Assembly: GCF_004010195.1 (NCBI RefSeq)
Contig: NC_057749.1
Span: 25,662,531-25,701,930 of the forward strand
Origin: Chiloscyllium plagiosum
Lineage: Eukaryota
DNA: 39,400 bases
Reading direction: 5' to 3'
Under the pieces are notes generated by a model, which saw only the letters and a program-made list of their open reading frames with translations, made no database searches and was not told the origin of the DNA. The translations under genes and the position numbers were made by a program. Shown one piece after another: positions 11,205-22,527 of the stretch. The stretch's first letter is position 1. The number at the start of each line of letters is the position of its first letter.

Positions 11205-11728
11205 TGGATAGAGTGAATGTGGGGCAGATGTTCCCATTAGTTACTGAGATAAGGAGGAATTTCTTCAGCTAGAGGGTGATGGATCTGTGGAACTCATTGC
11301 CATAAAAAGTTGTGGAGCGTATATAAGACACAGATAGTGAAATAACTGCACAAAGGCAGGTATCTCATCACCAAGTCACCCTGTATTTGCATGGGCATAG
11401 CGCATGGGCTCTGACCAGCCAGCTCCAGGCCAGACTCTAGACTGACGAGACCTTCTGCATCTTCCGTTTATATCTGTCATCCATGGCTCCCTAATTGGCC
11501 CCGGTCAACAAACCCCCAATCAAGGATCTCATACTCAATGATATCAACCTGGCCCTGGCTCTAATCACTACAGGTAGATAGTTTCTTGATTAGTGAGGGA
11601 GTCAAAGTTCACAGGGAAAAGGCAGGAGAATGGAGTTGAGAAATATATCTGTCATGATCGAATGACAGGGCTGAATCAACGGGCCAAAAGGTCTAATTCT
11701 GCTCTTGTATCTTATGGTTTTATGGTCT
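11205..11728 (+). mobile_element. CR1 LINE 3' fragment interrupted by a solo LTR
   Basis: aggaggaatttcttcagctagagggtgatggatctgtggaactc...; continues after 11572 to tcttatggttttatggtct tail. Confidence 0.7.
11338..11572 (-). mobile_element. Short solo LTR (235 bp)
   Basis: TGAAATAAC...TCACTACA; flanks gatag/ggtag (5-bp TSD, 1 mismatch); homologous to 34157-34384; strand inferred from reversed AATAAA in the 21667 copy. Confidence 0.7.
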
Positions 11729-12239
11729 AATTCCCATCGGTTCATCTTTTTCAATCTCGAGTATTTCAACGTGGTGCTTGTGTGGCTAACTCTGTGGTAG
11801 TGCAGGGTAAATCAGACAGCAGTCTATTTTTTGTTGATTTTCGAGTTTAACTGTGTATGTACAGATACTGGAATCTGCTACCAGGTTCAGTACTAAATAA
11901 CTGAGGTTGCTGATTATTATTCCTGGAATTTGTAGGTGCTCACGAGATTAAGGTGGAGGAATCACTAGATTTATGTTCTGTCAGTTATTTCTGTAATTTG
12001 AGTGATTCATTCTTCCAAAACCACAAACTTCGTTCACCATGATGACATTTTGTAATCTGACGAGTGTTGTTTTCAACACCTTGATCAAACTATCTCAATT
12101 AAAGGAAGAAAGAATTTGCTTTTGTGTACTGTTGTTGATGGCCTCAGGACATCACAAAGCCCTTTTTAGTTAAACCACTACCTTTGAAACGTAATTGGTG
12201 CTATTAAATGTAGAATGAAGTGTGTTTTTCTCCAATCAA

Positions 12240-12502
12240 TAACCAATGGGAACTCCACTACCTGCAGGTTCCCCTCCAAGCCATCCACCATCCTGATTTG
12301 GAAATAGATCGTCATTCCTTTACTGTCATTGGATCAAAATCCTGGAACTCACTCTTTAATGGCATTGTGGATGTACCAGCAATACATGGAGTGCACTAGT
12401 TTAAGAAGGTAGGTCATCACCTCCTTTCCAAGGCAACTAGAGATGGACAATTATTGCTGGGCCAGTCAGCAACACCTACAATCTATGAAGGAATTTTAAA
12501 AA
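12240..12502 (+). mobile_element. L2/CR1-group LINE 3' end fragment
   Basis: ccctccaagccatccaccatcctgatttggaaa...ggcaactagagatggacaatt; homologous to 14505-14822. Confidence 0.7.
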
Positions 12503-13184
12503 TGCCAGGATCACTGAACAAAGGATTATGTATTCAGTGCATAAAATGAAGGTGTCTTTCTATTGATAGTCAGAGCAATAGGATCCCACATGAATTCATC
12601 TAAGCTCTACATTTCTGACACATTCAATCATGGGTAGTGGCAGAAAATTAAACAACTAACAGGAGGAGAAAGCTCCACAAATGTCAACAACCTCATCGAT
12701 GGTGGAGGAGGCATCAGAATATCAATGCAACAGTCAAGGCTGAATTTGCTAATACCTTCAGCAAATGCCAATCAAATGATTCATCCTCTGGAGGTGCCCA
12801 GCATCACTGAATTCCACAGTCTTCAACCAATTTGCTTTGTTCCACGTGACAACAAGAGATAGCTGATGGCACTGGATACTACAAAAGTTATGTACTCTGA
12901 CAACATTCCAGCAATAGTACTGAAGATTTGTGTTTCAGAGCTAGCCATGCCCTTAGCCAAACAGTTCCAGTACAACCAAGCACTGACATCTACCTGGCAA
13001 TGTGTGAAGTTACACAGGTATGTCCTGTCACAAAAAGTACGACAAATTGAAGCCAGCCAATGACTGCTCCATCAGTCTACTCTATCTGATCAGTAATGTG
13101 ATAGAAGGTGTCATTGTCAGTGTTGTCAGGAGCATGTGCTCCTGATATGATAACCTGCTCAGTAATGCCCAGTTTGGAGTTCCA

Positions 13185-13532
13185 AAGTAGACAGGAAAGA
13201 GGTTGGAAGAACACAGCAAGCCAGGCAGCATCAGGAGGAACAGAAGTCAACATTTTGGGTATAACCCTTCTTCAGGATTGGGGGTGGGTGTGTGGGGAGC
13301 TGCAGATAAAGGTGGAAGTGGGGCAGGGTGAGGAGGTTAGGATAGGTGAAGACAGGTAGAGGGTATGGCCTGATTGGTCAATGGGAGGAATGAATCTGGT
13401 TGGGAGAAGTGGACGGGAGGGGGAGGGGCTTGGGAAGGGAGTCAGGGGATGGGGAGGGAGATTATTTGAAATTGGAGCACTCAATGTTGAGTCCTCCAGG
13501 CTTGAGGGTGTCCAGGCAGAAAATAAGGTGTT
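13185..13532 (-). mobile_element. Penelope-like element 3' fragment
   Basis: Minus-strand QHLIFCLDTLKPGGLNIECSNFK* (PLE C-terminus); decayed hammerhead core 13245-13280; 13-bp TSD gtttggagttcca/gtttggggttcca. Confidence 0.85.
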
Positions 13533-14559
13533 GTTTGGGGTTCCACCAGGGCCATTCAGCTTCGGACGTCATTACATGCTTGGTCAAAACTTTGGATAAA
13601 AGACCTGAATTCCACATATGAGCATGATAGTCCTGATATCAAGGTCACATTTGTCCGAGTGTGACATCAAGGAGTCTTAGCAAAATGGGAGTTAGTGGTA
13701 ATCGGGCAAACTCTCCACTGGTTGGAATTATACCTGGCACATAGAAAGATGGTTGTAATTGCTGGACGTCAGTCATCTTAACTCCAGGAGTCTCTACAGG
13801 AGTTCTCAGGATAGTGTCCTAGGCTCAACCATCTTCATCGATGACCTTCATTCAACATAAGGCCAGAAGCAGAAATATTCATTGGTGATTTCTCAGTGCT
13901 TTAGCCCCATTCACAACTCCTCAGATATTGAAGCAGTATCTGTACAGGACAATATTCAGGTTTGGGTTGAAAAGGGCAAGTAACATTCACACCACACAAA
14001 TGCCAGGCCAATGACCATCACCAACAAGAGAGAATCTAACCATCATTCTTGACATACAACAGCATTATCATCACTTAATCCCCCACTATTAATATCATGG
14101 AAGTTATTGTGGACCTGAAACTGAACTTAATCAGCTATGTAAATATTGTGATGACAAGAGCAGGTCAAAAGCTAGTATTTGTGAAGTGAGTAACTCACTT
14201 CCTGATTCTTTAAAGCTTGTCCACCATCTACAAGGCACAAGTCAGGAGAATGATGTAATACTCACCACACACCTGGATGAGGCAGCAATACTCAGGAGCA
14301 TATAGAGCAAATTAACCCACTGATTAGTACCACATCCACCACTTTCAAGAATCACTCCCTCCACCATCAACGCTCAGTAGCAGCAGTGTGTACCATCTAC
14401 AAGAGACACTGCAGAAATTCACCAAGGGTCCTGAGGTAGCACCTTCCTCGCTCAATACCTTTATCACTTAACAGCACAAAGGTAGCAAATGTATTGGAAT
14501 ATGTTTCCCTCCAAGCCATACACCATCCTGACTTGGAATTATATCACTATTCCTTCACT

Positions 14560-14648
14560 CTGATGAAGAGTCATCTAGATTCGAAACGTTAGCTTGTTCT
14601 CTCTCCATGGCTGCTGCCTGACCCGCTGTGATCTCCAGCATTTGTTGT
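14560..14648 (+). mobile_element. 89-bp PLE-derived insertion consisting of hammerhead core plus 3' tail
   Basis: Starts CTGATGA A GAGTC-ATCTA-GATTC GAAACGTT; 10-bp TSD ttccttcact at 14550-14559 and 14649-14658. Confidence 0.85.
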
Positions 14649-15269
14649 TTCCTTCACTGTTGCTGAGCCATAATGCTGGAATTCCTTCCATTTAGGCATT
14701 GCAGGTATACCTACTCACCAATGACTACAGCACTTCCAGAAGGCAGTTCACCACCACCTTCGGGATGGGCAATAAAGGTTGGTTTAGCCAGCAACATCCA
14801 GAACCTGTGAACAAATACAAAACAAATCAAACTCAGAGCAATGACAAAAGCACTGATATGCTTTTCTAGCAGTGTTCCATTTGCGATTTTAACAAATGCA
14901 ATCAAAGTTGATGAATATCCAAGTACTTTTTCTGGATTTGCTTTTTGTTTTTTATCTCTATTTTTATGTTGTGCTCTTACTGTTTGCTTTCACTGAGCCA
15001 CTTAGCAGTGAGACTTTCATTCACACATTATAGCTGGGGAGTGACACACTGCTGCCCACAATTATTATACTAATTTCGAATTGCTTCTTACAATCTAGTC
15101 AATCCTTATTTTTAACGCAGCAGTTTATTCTTACGTATGACTCTGCCTCTTGTTTAAAATCTCCTCACCCAATCTCATAGAACATTATTGCTTTATCTTG
15201 AAAATATTCATTTACCTTTCAGAGGGATGTATTTGTTTTTGTTTTAAATCAACGTGGTCAGAGAAGTTA

Positions 15270-15352
15270 TGATATGTTGTTGGAGCAGCTGGGACTTGAA
15301 CCTGCGTATCCAATCTCAGTGGTAGGGTCACTACACTGCACCACATAGCCCC
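15270..15352 (-). mobile_element. tRNA-derived SINE head fragment
   Basis: Minus-strand gtggtgcagtgtagtg...caggttcaagtccc (A/B box-like); similar copy at ~31095-31192. Confidence 0.5.
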
Positions 15353-15743
15353 TTAGAATGTAGAACATATAACATAGAACATAGAACAGTACAGCACAGA
15401 ACAGGCCCTTCAGCCCACGATGTTGTGCTGACCATTGATCCTCATGTGAGGGAAACATAATGTACGAACCCTCAAATTTCTGTGACCATATGCATGTCCA
15501 GCATATGGTCACAGAAATATCCCCAATGACCTCGCTTCCACAACTGCGTAAAGAACCCGCCTCTGACATCTCCTCTATATTTTCCGCCAAACAGCTTAAA
15601 ACTATGACCCCTCGTGTTAACAATTTCTGCCCTGGGAAAACGTTTCTGGCTATCAACTCTATCTATGCCTCTCATTACCTTGTACACCTCAATTAGGTTC
15701 CCTGTCTTCCTTCTTTTTTCCAATGAAAAAAGTCTGAGCTCAG

Positions 15744-17900
15744 TCAACCTCTCTTCGTAAGATAAGCCCTCCATTCCAGGCAGCATCCTGGTAAGCCTCC
15801 TGTGAACCCTTTCCAAAGCATCCACATCTTTCCTTTAATAGAATGACAGAACTGGACACAGTATTCCAAGTGCAGTCTAACCAAAGTTTTATAGAGCTGT
15901 AACAAGATCTCACGGCTCTTAAACTCAATCCCCCTGTTAATGAAAACCAAAACACCATATGCTTTCTTAACAACCCTGTCCACCTGGGTGGCAATTTTAA
16001 GGGATCTATGTACCTGCACACCAAGATCCCTCTGTTCCTCCACACTGCCAAGAATCCTGTCTTTAATCCTGTACTCAACTTTCAAGTTTGACCTTCCAAA
16101 ACGCATCACTTCGCATTTATCCAGGTTGAAATCCATCTGCCACCTCTCAGCCCATCTCTGCATCCTGTCAATGTCACGCTGCAGCCTACAACAGTCCTCT
16201 ATACTGTCAACGACACCTCCAACCTTTGTGTCATCTGCAAACTTGCTAACCCATCCTTCAATCTCCTCATCCAAGTCATTAATAAAAATTACAAAGAGTA
16301 GATGCCCAAGAACAGATCCCTGTGGAACACCACTCATGCTCTTCCAGATGGTCATAAATCCTATCCCTCAGAATCCTTTCTAACACCTTGCAGACGACAG
16401 ACATGAGACTTACTGGTCTGTAATTGCCGGGGATTTCCTTATTTCCTTTCTTGAAGAGAGGAATTACATTTGCCTCTCTCCAGTCCTCAGGTATGACTCC
16501 AGTGGAGAGCGAGGATGCAAAGATCTTCGCAAGTGGCAAAGAAATCACATTTCTCGCTTCCCAAAGCAGCCGAGGACAAATCTGGTCTGGTCCTGGCGAC
16601 TTGTCAATCTTAATGTTTGTCAAAATTTTCAGCACATCAGCTTCCTCAATCTCTATCCGTTCCAGTCTGCTTACCTGCTCCTCAATGGTTTCATTCACTA
16701 CAAGGTCCTTTTCTTTAGTAAAGACAGAAGCAGAAGCAAAAAACTCATTTAGGGCTTCCCCTACCTCCTCAGACTCTATACACAAGTTCCCTATGATATC
16801 CCTGATTGGCCCTACTCTTTCTTTGATCATTCTCTTATTCCTCACATATGTGTAAAATGCCTTTGGATTCTCCCTAATTCTTCCTGCCAAGCCTTTTCAT
16901 GCCCCCTCCTGGCTCTCCTCAGACCATTTTTGAGCTCCTTCCTCACCTGCCTGTAATCCTCTAGAGCTGAGCAAGAGCTTGCTTCCTCCACCTTACGTAA
17001 GCTGCCTTCTTTCTTTTGACGAGAAACTCCTCCACTGTCATCATCCAAGGTTTCTTTATCTTACCCCTTCTTGCCTGTCTCAGAGGAACGCATTTGTGCA
17101 TCACTCGCAACAACTGTTCCTTAAACAGTCTCCACATGTCTATAGTGCCCTTTCCATGGAACAATCGCTCCCAGTCCATGCTTCCCAACGCACGTCTGAT
17201 AGTATCATAATGTTCTTTTCCCCAATTAAATATCCTCCCATTGTGGCTGCTTCTCTCCTTCTCCATAGCTATGTAGAATGTGAGGCAGTTGTGGTCACTA
17301 TCACCAAAATGCTCTCCCACCGCAAGATCTGACACCTACCCCGGCTCATTGCTGAGCACCAAACCCAAAATGGCCTCTCCCCTCGTCGGCCTGTCAACGT
17401 ACTGAGTTAGGAAAACCTCCTGAACACACCTTACAAAACAGCTCCTTCCAAACCATCTGCTCGAAGGAGGTTCCAATCAATATTGGGAAAGTTAAAGTCA
17501 CCCATTCCAACAACACTACTACATTCACACTTTTCCAAAATCTGCCTACCTATCCTTTCATCAATCTCCCTGCTGCTTTTGGGGGGCCTGTAGTAAACCC
17601 CTAATGAGGTGACTGCTCCCTTACTGTTCCTAATTTCCAATCATACTGACTCGGTAGGCAGACCCTCCTTGACAATAGTAACTCTCTGATTAGCAGTGCT
17701 ACACCCCCTCCTCTTTTCCCCCCTCCCTATTCGTTTTAAATGTTCTAAACCCTGGAACATCCAGCAACCATTCCTGCCCCTGAGAAACCCACGTCTCTGT
17801 TATGGGCACAACATCATAGCACCAGGTACTGATCCATGCTCTAAGCTCATCGCTTTTATTCCTGATACTCCTTGCATTAAAGCAAACACACTTTAACCGA
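15744..17900 (-). pseudogene. CR1 ORF2 (APE endonuclease + reverse transcriptase), frameshifted
   Basis: Fragments in ORFs 17699-18064, 17431-17640, 16961-17335, 16279-16890 (DKSPGPD, PGNYRPVSL) and 15744-16355 (FADD). Confidence 0.9.
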
Positions 17901-17989
17901 TCCCTTGGTACTGTCCCAGGAAATTCCTTCCCACTGGCTGCGCTATCTCTTGCTATTGCCTCATCTCCATCAACTCTCACCACCGGTAT

Positions 17990-18566
17990 ATAGCTCAGGT
18001 TCCCACCCCCCCTGCCATACTGAACCCTCCTGAACAACTTGAGCAAACCTTCCACCCAGGACATTGGTCCCTTTCCATGTCAGGTGCAACCCATCCTTCA
18101 TGTACAGGTCCCACCTTCCCCAGACGGCATCCCAATTATCTACATATCTGAAGGCCTCCCTCCTACACCAGCTGCGCAGCCACATGTTAAGCTGCGTCCG
18201 CTCCCTGTTCCTCACCTCGCTATCTTGTGGCACCGGTAGTAAACCCAAGAACATTACTCTGTTCGTGTTGCCCTGCAGCTTCCACCCTAACTCCCTGAAA
18301 TCACTGACCACTATGGCTTTCCTCTGGTAGGTCATTCCCCCCCCCAAAACGATATACTTATTGCTGAGGGGAATGTCCACAGGGGATCCCTGCACTGTCT
18401 GTCTGTCCCCTTTCCTCCCCCTGACGGTAACCCATCTATCCTTATCCTGAGCCTCAGGAATGACCAACTGCCGGTAACAGCTCTCAACTACCCCCTCAGC
18501 CTCCCAAATGATCCGCAGTTCATCCAGCTCCAACTCCAATTCCCTAACACGGTTTTCAAGGAACAT
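17990..18566 (-). pseudogene. CR1 ORF1 (coiled-coil + SGNH esterase-like domain), partial
   Basis: LENRVRELELELDELR coiled coil; GLLPVP...LNMWLRSWCRRE...DGLHL (SGNH block V DxxH). Confidence 0.85.
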
Positions 18567-18678
18567 GTACTTGTTTTATAAGCTACTAATCATCTTCCAA
18601 TACTTCAAAAATGCTTCAAACAGCTATAAATCATCTTGGAACATCCTGAACTGAAGGATGGCTCTTATTTTTGTTAAA

Positions 18679-19188
18679 GTTAAAAATCACCAGGTTGTAG
18701 TCCCACAGGTTTATTTGGAAGTATTAGTTTTCGGAGCTCTGTTCCTTCATCAGGTAGCTGTGGGGCAGGATCATAATACACAGAATTTATAACAAAAGAT
18801 CCCAGTGTCTTGCATGCAACTGATACGATCTGTTAAGTCTTTCATCACTTAGAACGGGTTGTAGGTTTCGATTCATTAATGTGTGAATCTCAGAACTTCT
18901 TTCAAATCACATTCTTGAGATAACTTAAGGTTTTATAAAAAAAAAGTGACATCTCAGCTTAGACAATGCATTAAAGGCGTGAGGTTAGAGCCTGTCTGTA
19001 TCCCAATCTTGAGTCAGACTGGTTCTATTTCCAAAGTAGGAATTTATAAACTGTCACATAGATTGACTGCCTCCAGATTGTGTGCCTTTTGAACAAAATA
19101 GAATGTATCTGCAATCACAATTCTGCAAATGTAAATTCACCCCATAGACTGATATGTTCATGTGCATGCATGTGAGGGAGAGAGAGAG
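18679..19188 (-). mobile_element. Penelope-like element terminal region (second family) with hammerhead core at 18721-18756
   Basis: Minus: tac CTGATGA A GGAAC-AGA-GCTCC GAAAACTA...aataaacctgtgggactacaacctgg; TSD atttttgttaaa at 18667-18678 and 19189-19200; homologous to 28177-28679. Confidence 0.8.
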
Positions 19189-19637
19189 ATTTTTGTTAAA
19201 TTTTTGTTAATAATTATTTCTACTTGTAGTTAATTCAAGCAATCATAATCCAGTTCCCAAAAGATGTTCTTATTTTGGTATAACCTGTCCCTGAATACAA
19301 TTTGCACTTCTATGCTGCCAGTAAGTCTTAAGAATGTGTCAGCCCCAATATGTCAAAATGACATTTTAAATTATAGATTGATCGCCGCTCAACTCTTGAG
19401 AAATCACTAAGTACTGAAAGTCACCTAGAAATCTATTACATCCTGATTGTTGGGATGTGGAATAATGACAAAAGCTCAACATGATCTTTCTGCTTTTCAA
19501 AGATTTTCCACCTTGAATTTCCAAAATTGAAAATGCAAAGTATTGTGAAACATTTCAGGATAGACTCAAGAACCACAAATTTCAAAGTGAACAAAGATTT
19601 ATACTGCATTAAGAAAAGCAGGCAGATTCTTTAGTAT

Positions 19638-19729
19638 TTGAAACTTTATTGCTGGAACAGCCCAGCAGGTCAGGCAGCATCCAGGGAACAGGAGATTCGA
19701 CGTTTCGGGCACAGGCCCTTCTTCAGGAA
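19638..19729 (-). mobile_element. 92-bp PLE-derived insertion consisting of hammerhead core plus 3' tail
   Basis: Minus: ttc CTGAAGA A GGGC-CTGT-GCCC GAAACGTC gaat...aataaagtttcaa; 12-bp TSD attctttagtat at 19626-19637 and 19730-19741. Confidence 0.9.
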
Positions 19730-19895
19730 ATTCTTTAGTATGTTGACTCTGATTTGGTCGAGAGGTTGAAGTGAAGAAACTAACAAGAAGCTACTGACCT
19801 CCATGTGACAAGTATTGTGATCCAGAATTTACCTTTGGACAAGCCTCAATCTTGTCTTTGCCTTAAAGGTAGAGAGCTCTCATCCCTCATGTGGG

Positions 19896-20547
19896 TGTGA
19901 AGATACCATGGCTTTAAGAGGTGTATTTTGTCCTTTTTTTATGAACAAAGATTGAGGCAGAGATGCAAAGCAGTCTGCTCCAAAGCAAATAAAGTAAACA
20001 GCTTGTGAGGCCTTAGTTTTTCTTTTAAAGTTGGAACAATAGAAGCAGCCTGAATGGGTGGCATCAAGCTCTCAGGGAACTAGGAATTTGTTTTTAGTTT
20101 TAGCCTTCAGTAGTAGTTGCTGGGGTCTTGAAGCTGGATGTGGAAGCATTTATTCCTATTTAGGTTACAGCTAAAAGCTGGGGCTTTCTTCCTGCTGGTA
20201 GAATTATATGTGAGACAATCTATTTTATTGAATTTGCTTTTGCCAAGGGTGTGTTTATGGGATGTTACTATATTGGAACAGTTACTTAGTTTAGTTAATA
20301 TATCTATTATTTTGTTAAGCATTTCGATAGAGTTACAGTTAATCCATTTATTTTATTTTATTTTTTATTTGTCTATGTTTTAATTCTACTGCATGAATAA
20401 CGTGTATTTGGTTTCAAGTCTGTTAGTTTGACCAATTGAATTGCATCTGAAACACAACACCTTACACTTACCTTCTAAATAAGAAAAAACTAGGGTCTAC
20501 ATTATCTTCTTAATATATTCTGAGGGGGTTTGGTCTGGTCCATAACA
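19896..20547. mobile_element. Solo LTR (652 bp)
   Basis: TGTGAAGA...CCATAACA; 5-bp TSD gtggg at 19891-19895 and 20548-20552; homologous to 27015-27595. Confidence 0.8.
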
Positions 20548-20764
20548 GTGGGTGAGTATAAAGACTGCAGTCATGATGAGTGAACTGACCAAAGCATAAT
20601 GGGTGCAGAGAGCCATTCAAGAGGAGCATGAAAAGAGAACTGTAACCATGTTAGAGGGATAGCATGGATATGGGATTAGACCCCCATTCTTTGCAGCAGT
20701 CCTGAAGACTGTGTTGTCCGCCTGATGCCAAAGGACAGGATATCTCCTTTGGAGTTTTTTTTTA

Positions 20765-21030
20765 CATAGAATCATCACAGTATGGAAACAAGCCATTCAG
20801 CCCAACATGTCCACACCAACCCTCCAAAAAGCATCCCCACCCAGACCCATCTCCCAACATTTCCCATGGCGAATGCACCACACCCCTGAACACTGTGGGC
20901 AATGTAGCATGGCCAATCTACCTATATTGTATATCTTTAGACTGCACGAGGAAACCAGAGGAAACCCACACAGACAGAATGTGCAAACTCGACATAGATA
21001 GTCGTGTGAGACTGGAATCGAGCCACCGTA
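20765..21030 (-). mobile_element. HE1-type SINE
   Basis: catagaatc tail; ggaaaccagaggaaacccacacagac central domain in reverse. Confidence 0.75.
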
Positions 21031-21666
21031 CCACCCTGGGCAGTAGGGAGATTTTGAGTGGGAGGGGAAGACCCAGTTGTGGCCCATGCGGCACAGCAAG
21101 GCAGAGTTAGGACTAGGAAAGAGGATCCGCTGAGAGATTATAAGTAGCTCAGAGCTACATGAAAAAGCAGAACCATAAAGGTAGTAATCTTAGGTTTACT
21201 ACCTGAGCCGCAGCAAATTGACATTGGCTAAATAGGTTTGGCAAAGTAAATGCATGATTCAAGGATTAATGACAGAGAAATGGGTTCCAATTCATGGGGC
21301 ACTGGGATGAGTACTAGGGAAAGAGAGAGCTTTTCCACTGGGATAAGCTTCATTTGAACCAAGCTGCAGCCAGTGTCCTGGCAGAGTGTACAAATAGGGT
21401 TGGAGTAGGGTTCAACTCAAGTAAAGTTTTAAAAATATCAAAACAAGAGAACAGAAGTTCATTGTTGTGAAAAGGTGAAACGTAATCAGAGTGTGACAGG
21501 AAGGAGCAGAAAGTACAGGCAAAAGAATGCAGCAGAAATGAGATATAGAATCATTAAGTAAGGCAAAAAGTCCAAACTTAAGGCTCTTTATCTGAATCTA
21601 TGCAGCATTTATAACAAGATAGTCAAGTTGACTGCACAAATACAAATAAATTATATGACTCATCGC

Positions 21667-21787
21667 TGAAATACCTGCACAGGGGCCAGTATCCTGTCAC
21701 TAAGTTACTCTTTATTTACTTGTGCACAGTACACTGTCTGTGGCCAGCCAGCTTGGAGTCACTGAGGAGATTCTAAATCCCTGGGTT
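21667..21787 (-). mobile_element. Partial copy of the short LTR family
   Basis: tgaaatacctgcacagggg...gtcactaagttactctttatttac homologous to the starts of 11338 and 34157 copies. Confidence 0.6.
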
Positions 21788-22091
21788 ATTTTTTTTTTGT
21801 TTTTTTTTCTTCACCTCTACACTACTGCCATACAGCAATAGTGCTTATTTTCCTCAGCACCCATGTTGCGTGTGTGCAGTTGCAAGACACACTGAGTTGT
21901 TGATATTATTAACATTCCACCAACAGGAAACGCACCCTGTGGCAAACAGAGCCCCATCAGGGCAATGCCTATGTGAAAATAAAAGTGAAGAAGAGGGGAG
22001 GGATCAAATCAAAATAGAGCTGGAGGGAGAAATAAAGCACTCCACTCCCCACCTCTCCCAAAACGCATTGAGAGTGTGCCTGATGTGGACC

Positions 22092-22312
22092 AAAGGAAGG
22101 TAGTTTCCTTCCTTAAAAGGCATTAGTGATCCAGATGGGATTTTCCTCTAACAATTTTCAATGGTTTCCTGATCATCATTAGACTCTTATTTCTCAATTA
22201 TTATTGGATTCAAAATTCATCATCTGCCATGGCAGGATTTGAACCTGGTCCCCAGAACATTATGATGGCATTGAAATTATTCGACGACAATAATATCACC
22301 AGGCCAACACCT
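22092..22312 (-). mobile_element. tRNA-derived SINE (second family)
   Basis: Reverse homolog of 24690-24968 (ggttcaaatcctgccatggcagatg...aatcccatctggatcactaatg). Confidence 0.7.
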
Positions 22313-22527
22313 TCCTTGGAGTTGCAATAGATCGTGATGTAGAATCGGTTTGGGTGAGAATGAGAAATAGCAAGGGAAAGAAGGCACAGCTGGAAGTTAT
22401 CTAAAGGCTCCCAAAGAGTTTCCCTGGCTGCAGGGCAAAGTATAAATCAGGAAATAATGGAGACGCGTAAGAAGGGTATTACAATTGTCATGGATGTTTT
22501 TAATCGGCATACTTACTGGACAGACTG

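Larger units (their letters stand above)
12630..14822 (+). mobile_element. L2/CR1-group LINE with decayed RT, interrupted by two PLE insertions
   Basis: DTTKVMYSDNIPAIVLKICVSELAMPLAKQFQY, GFHQGHSA, decayed GVPQGSVLGP-type motif (ggagttctcaggatagtgtcctagg); 3' end gggatgggcaataaa. Confidence 0.85.
15356..18566 (-). mobile_element. CR1 LINE with ORF1, endonuclease and RT remnants, internally deleted
   Basis: ORF1 17970-18566; EN motifs CFNARSIRNK, GVYYRPP, MGDFNFP, SDHN; RT SGVPQGSVLG...KFADDTK; (ctatgtt)n-type tail at 15356-15390. Confidence 0.95.
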
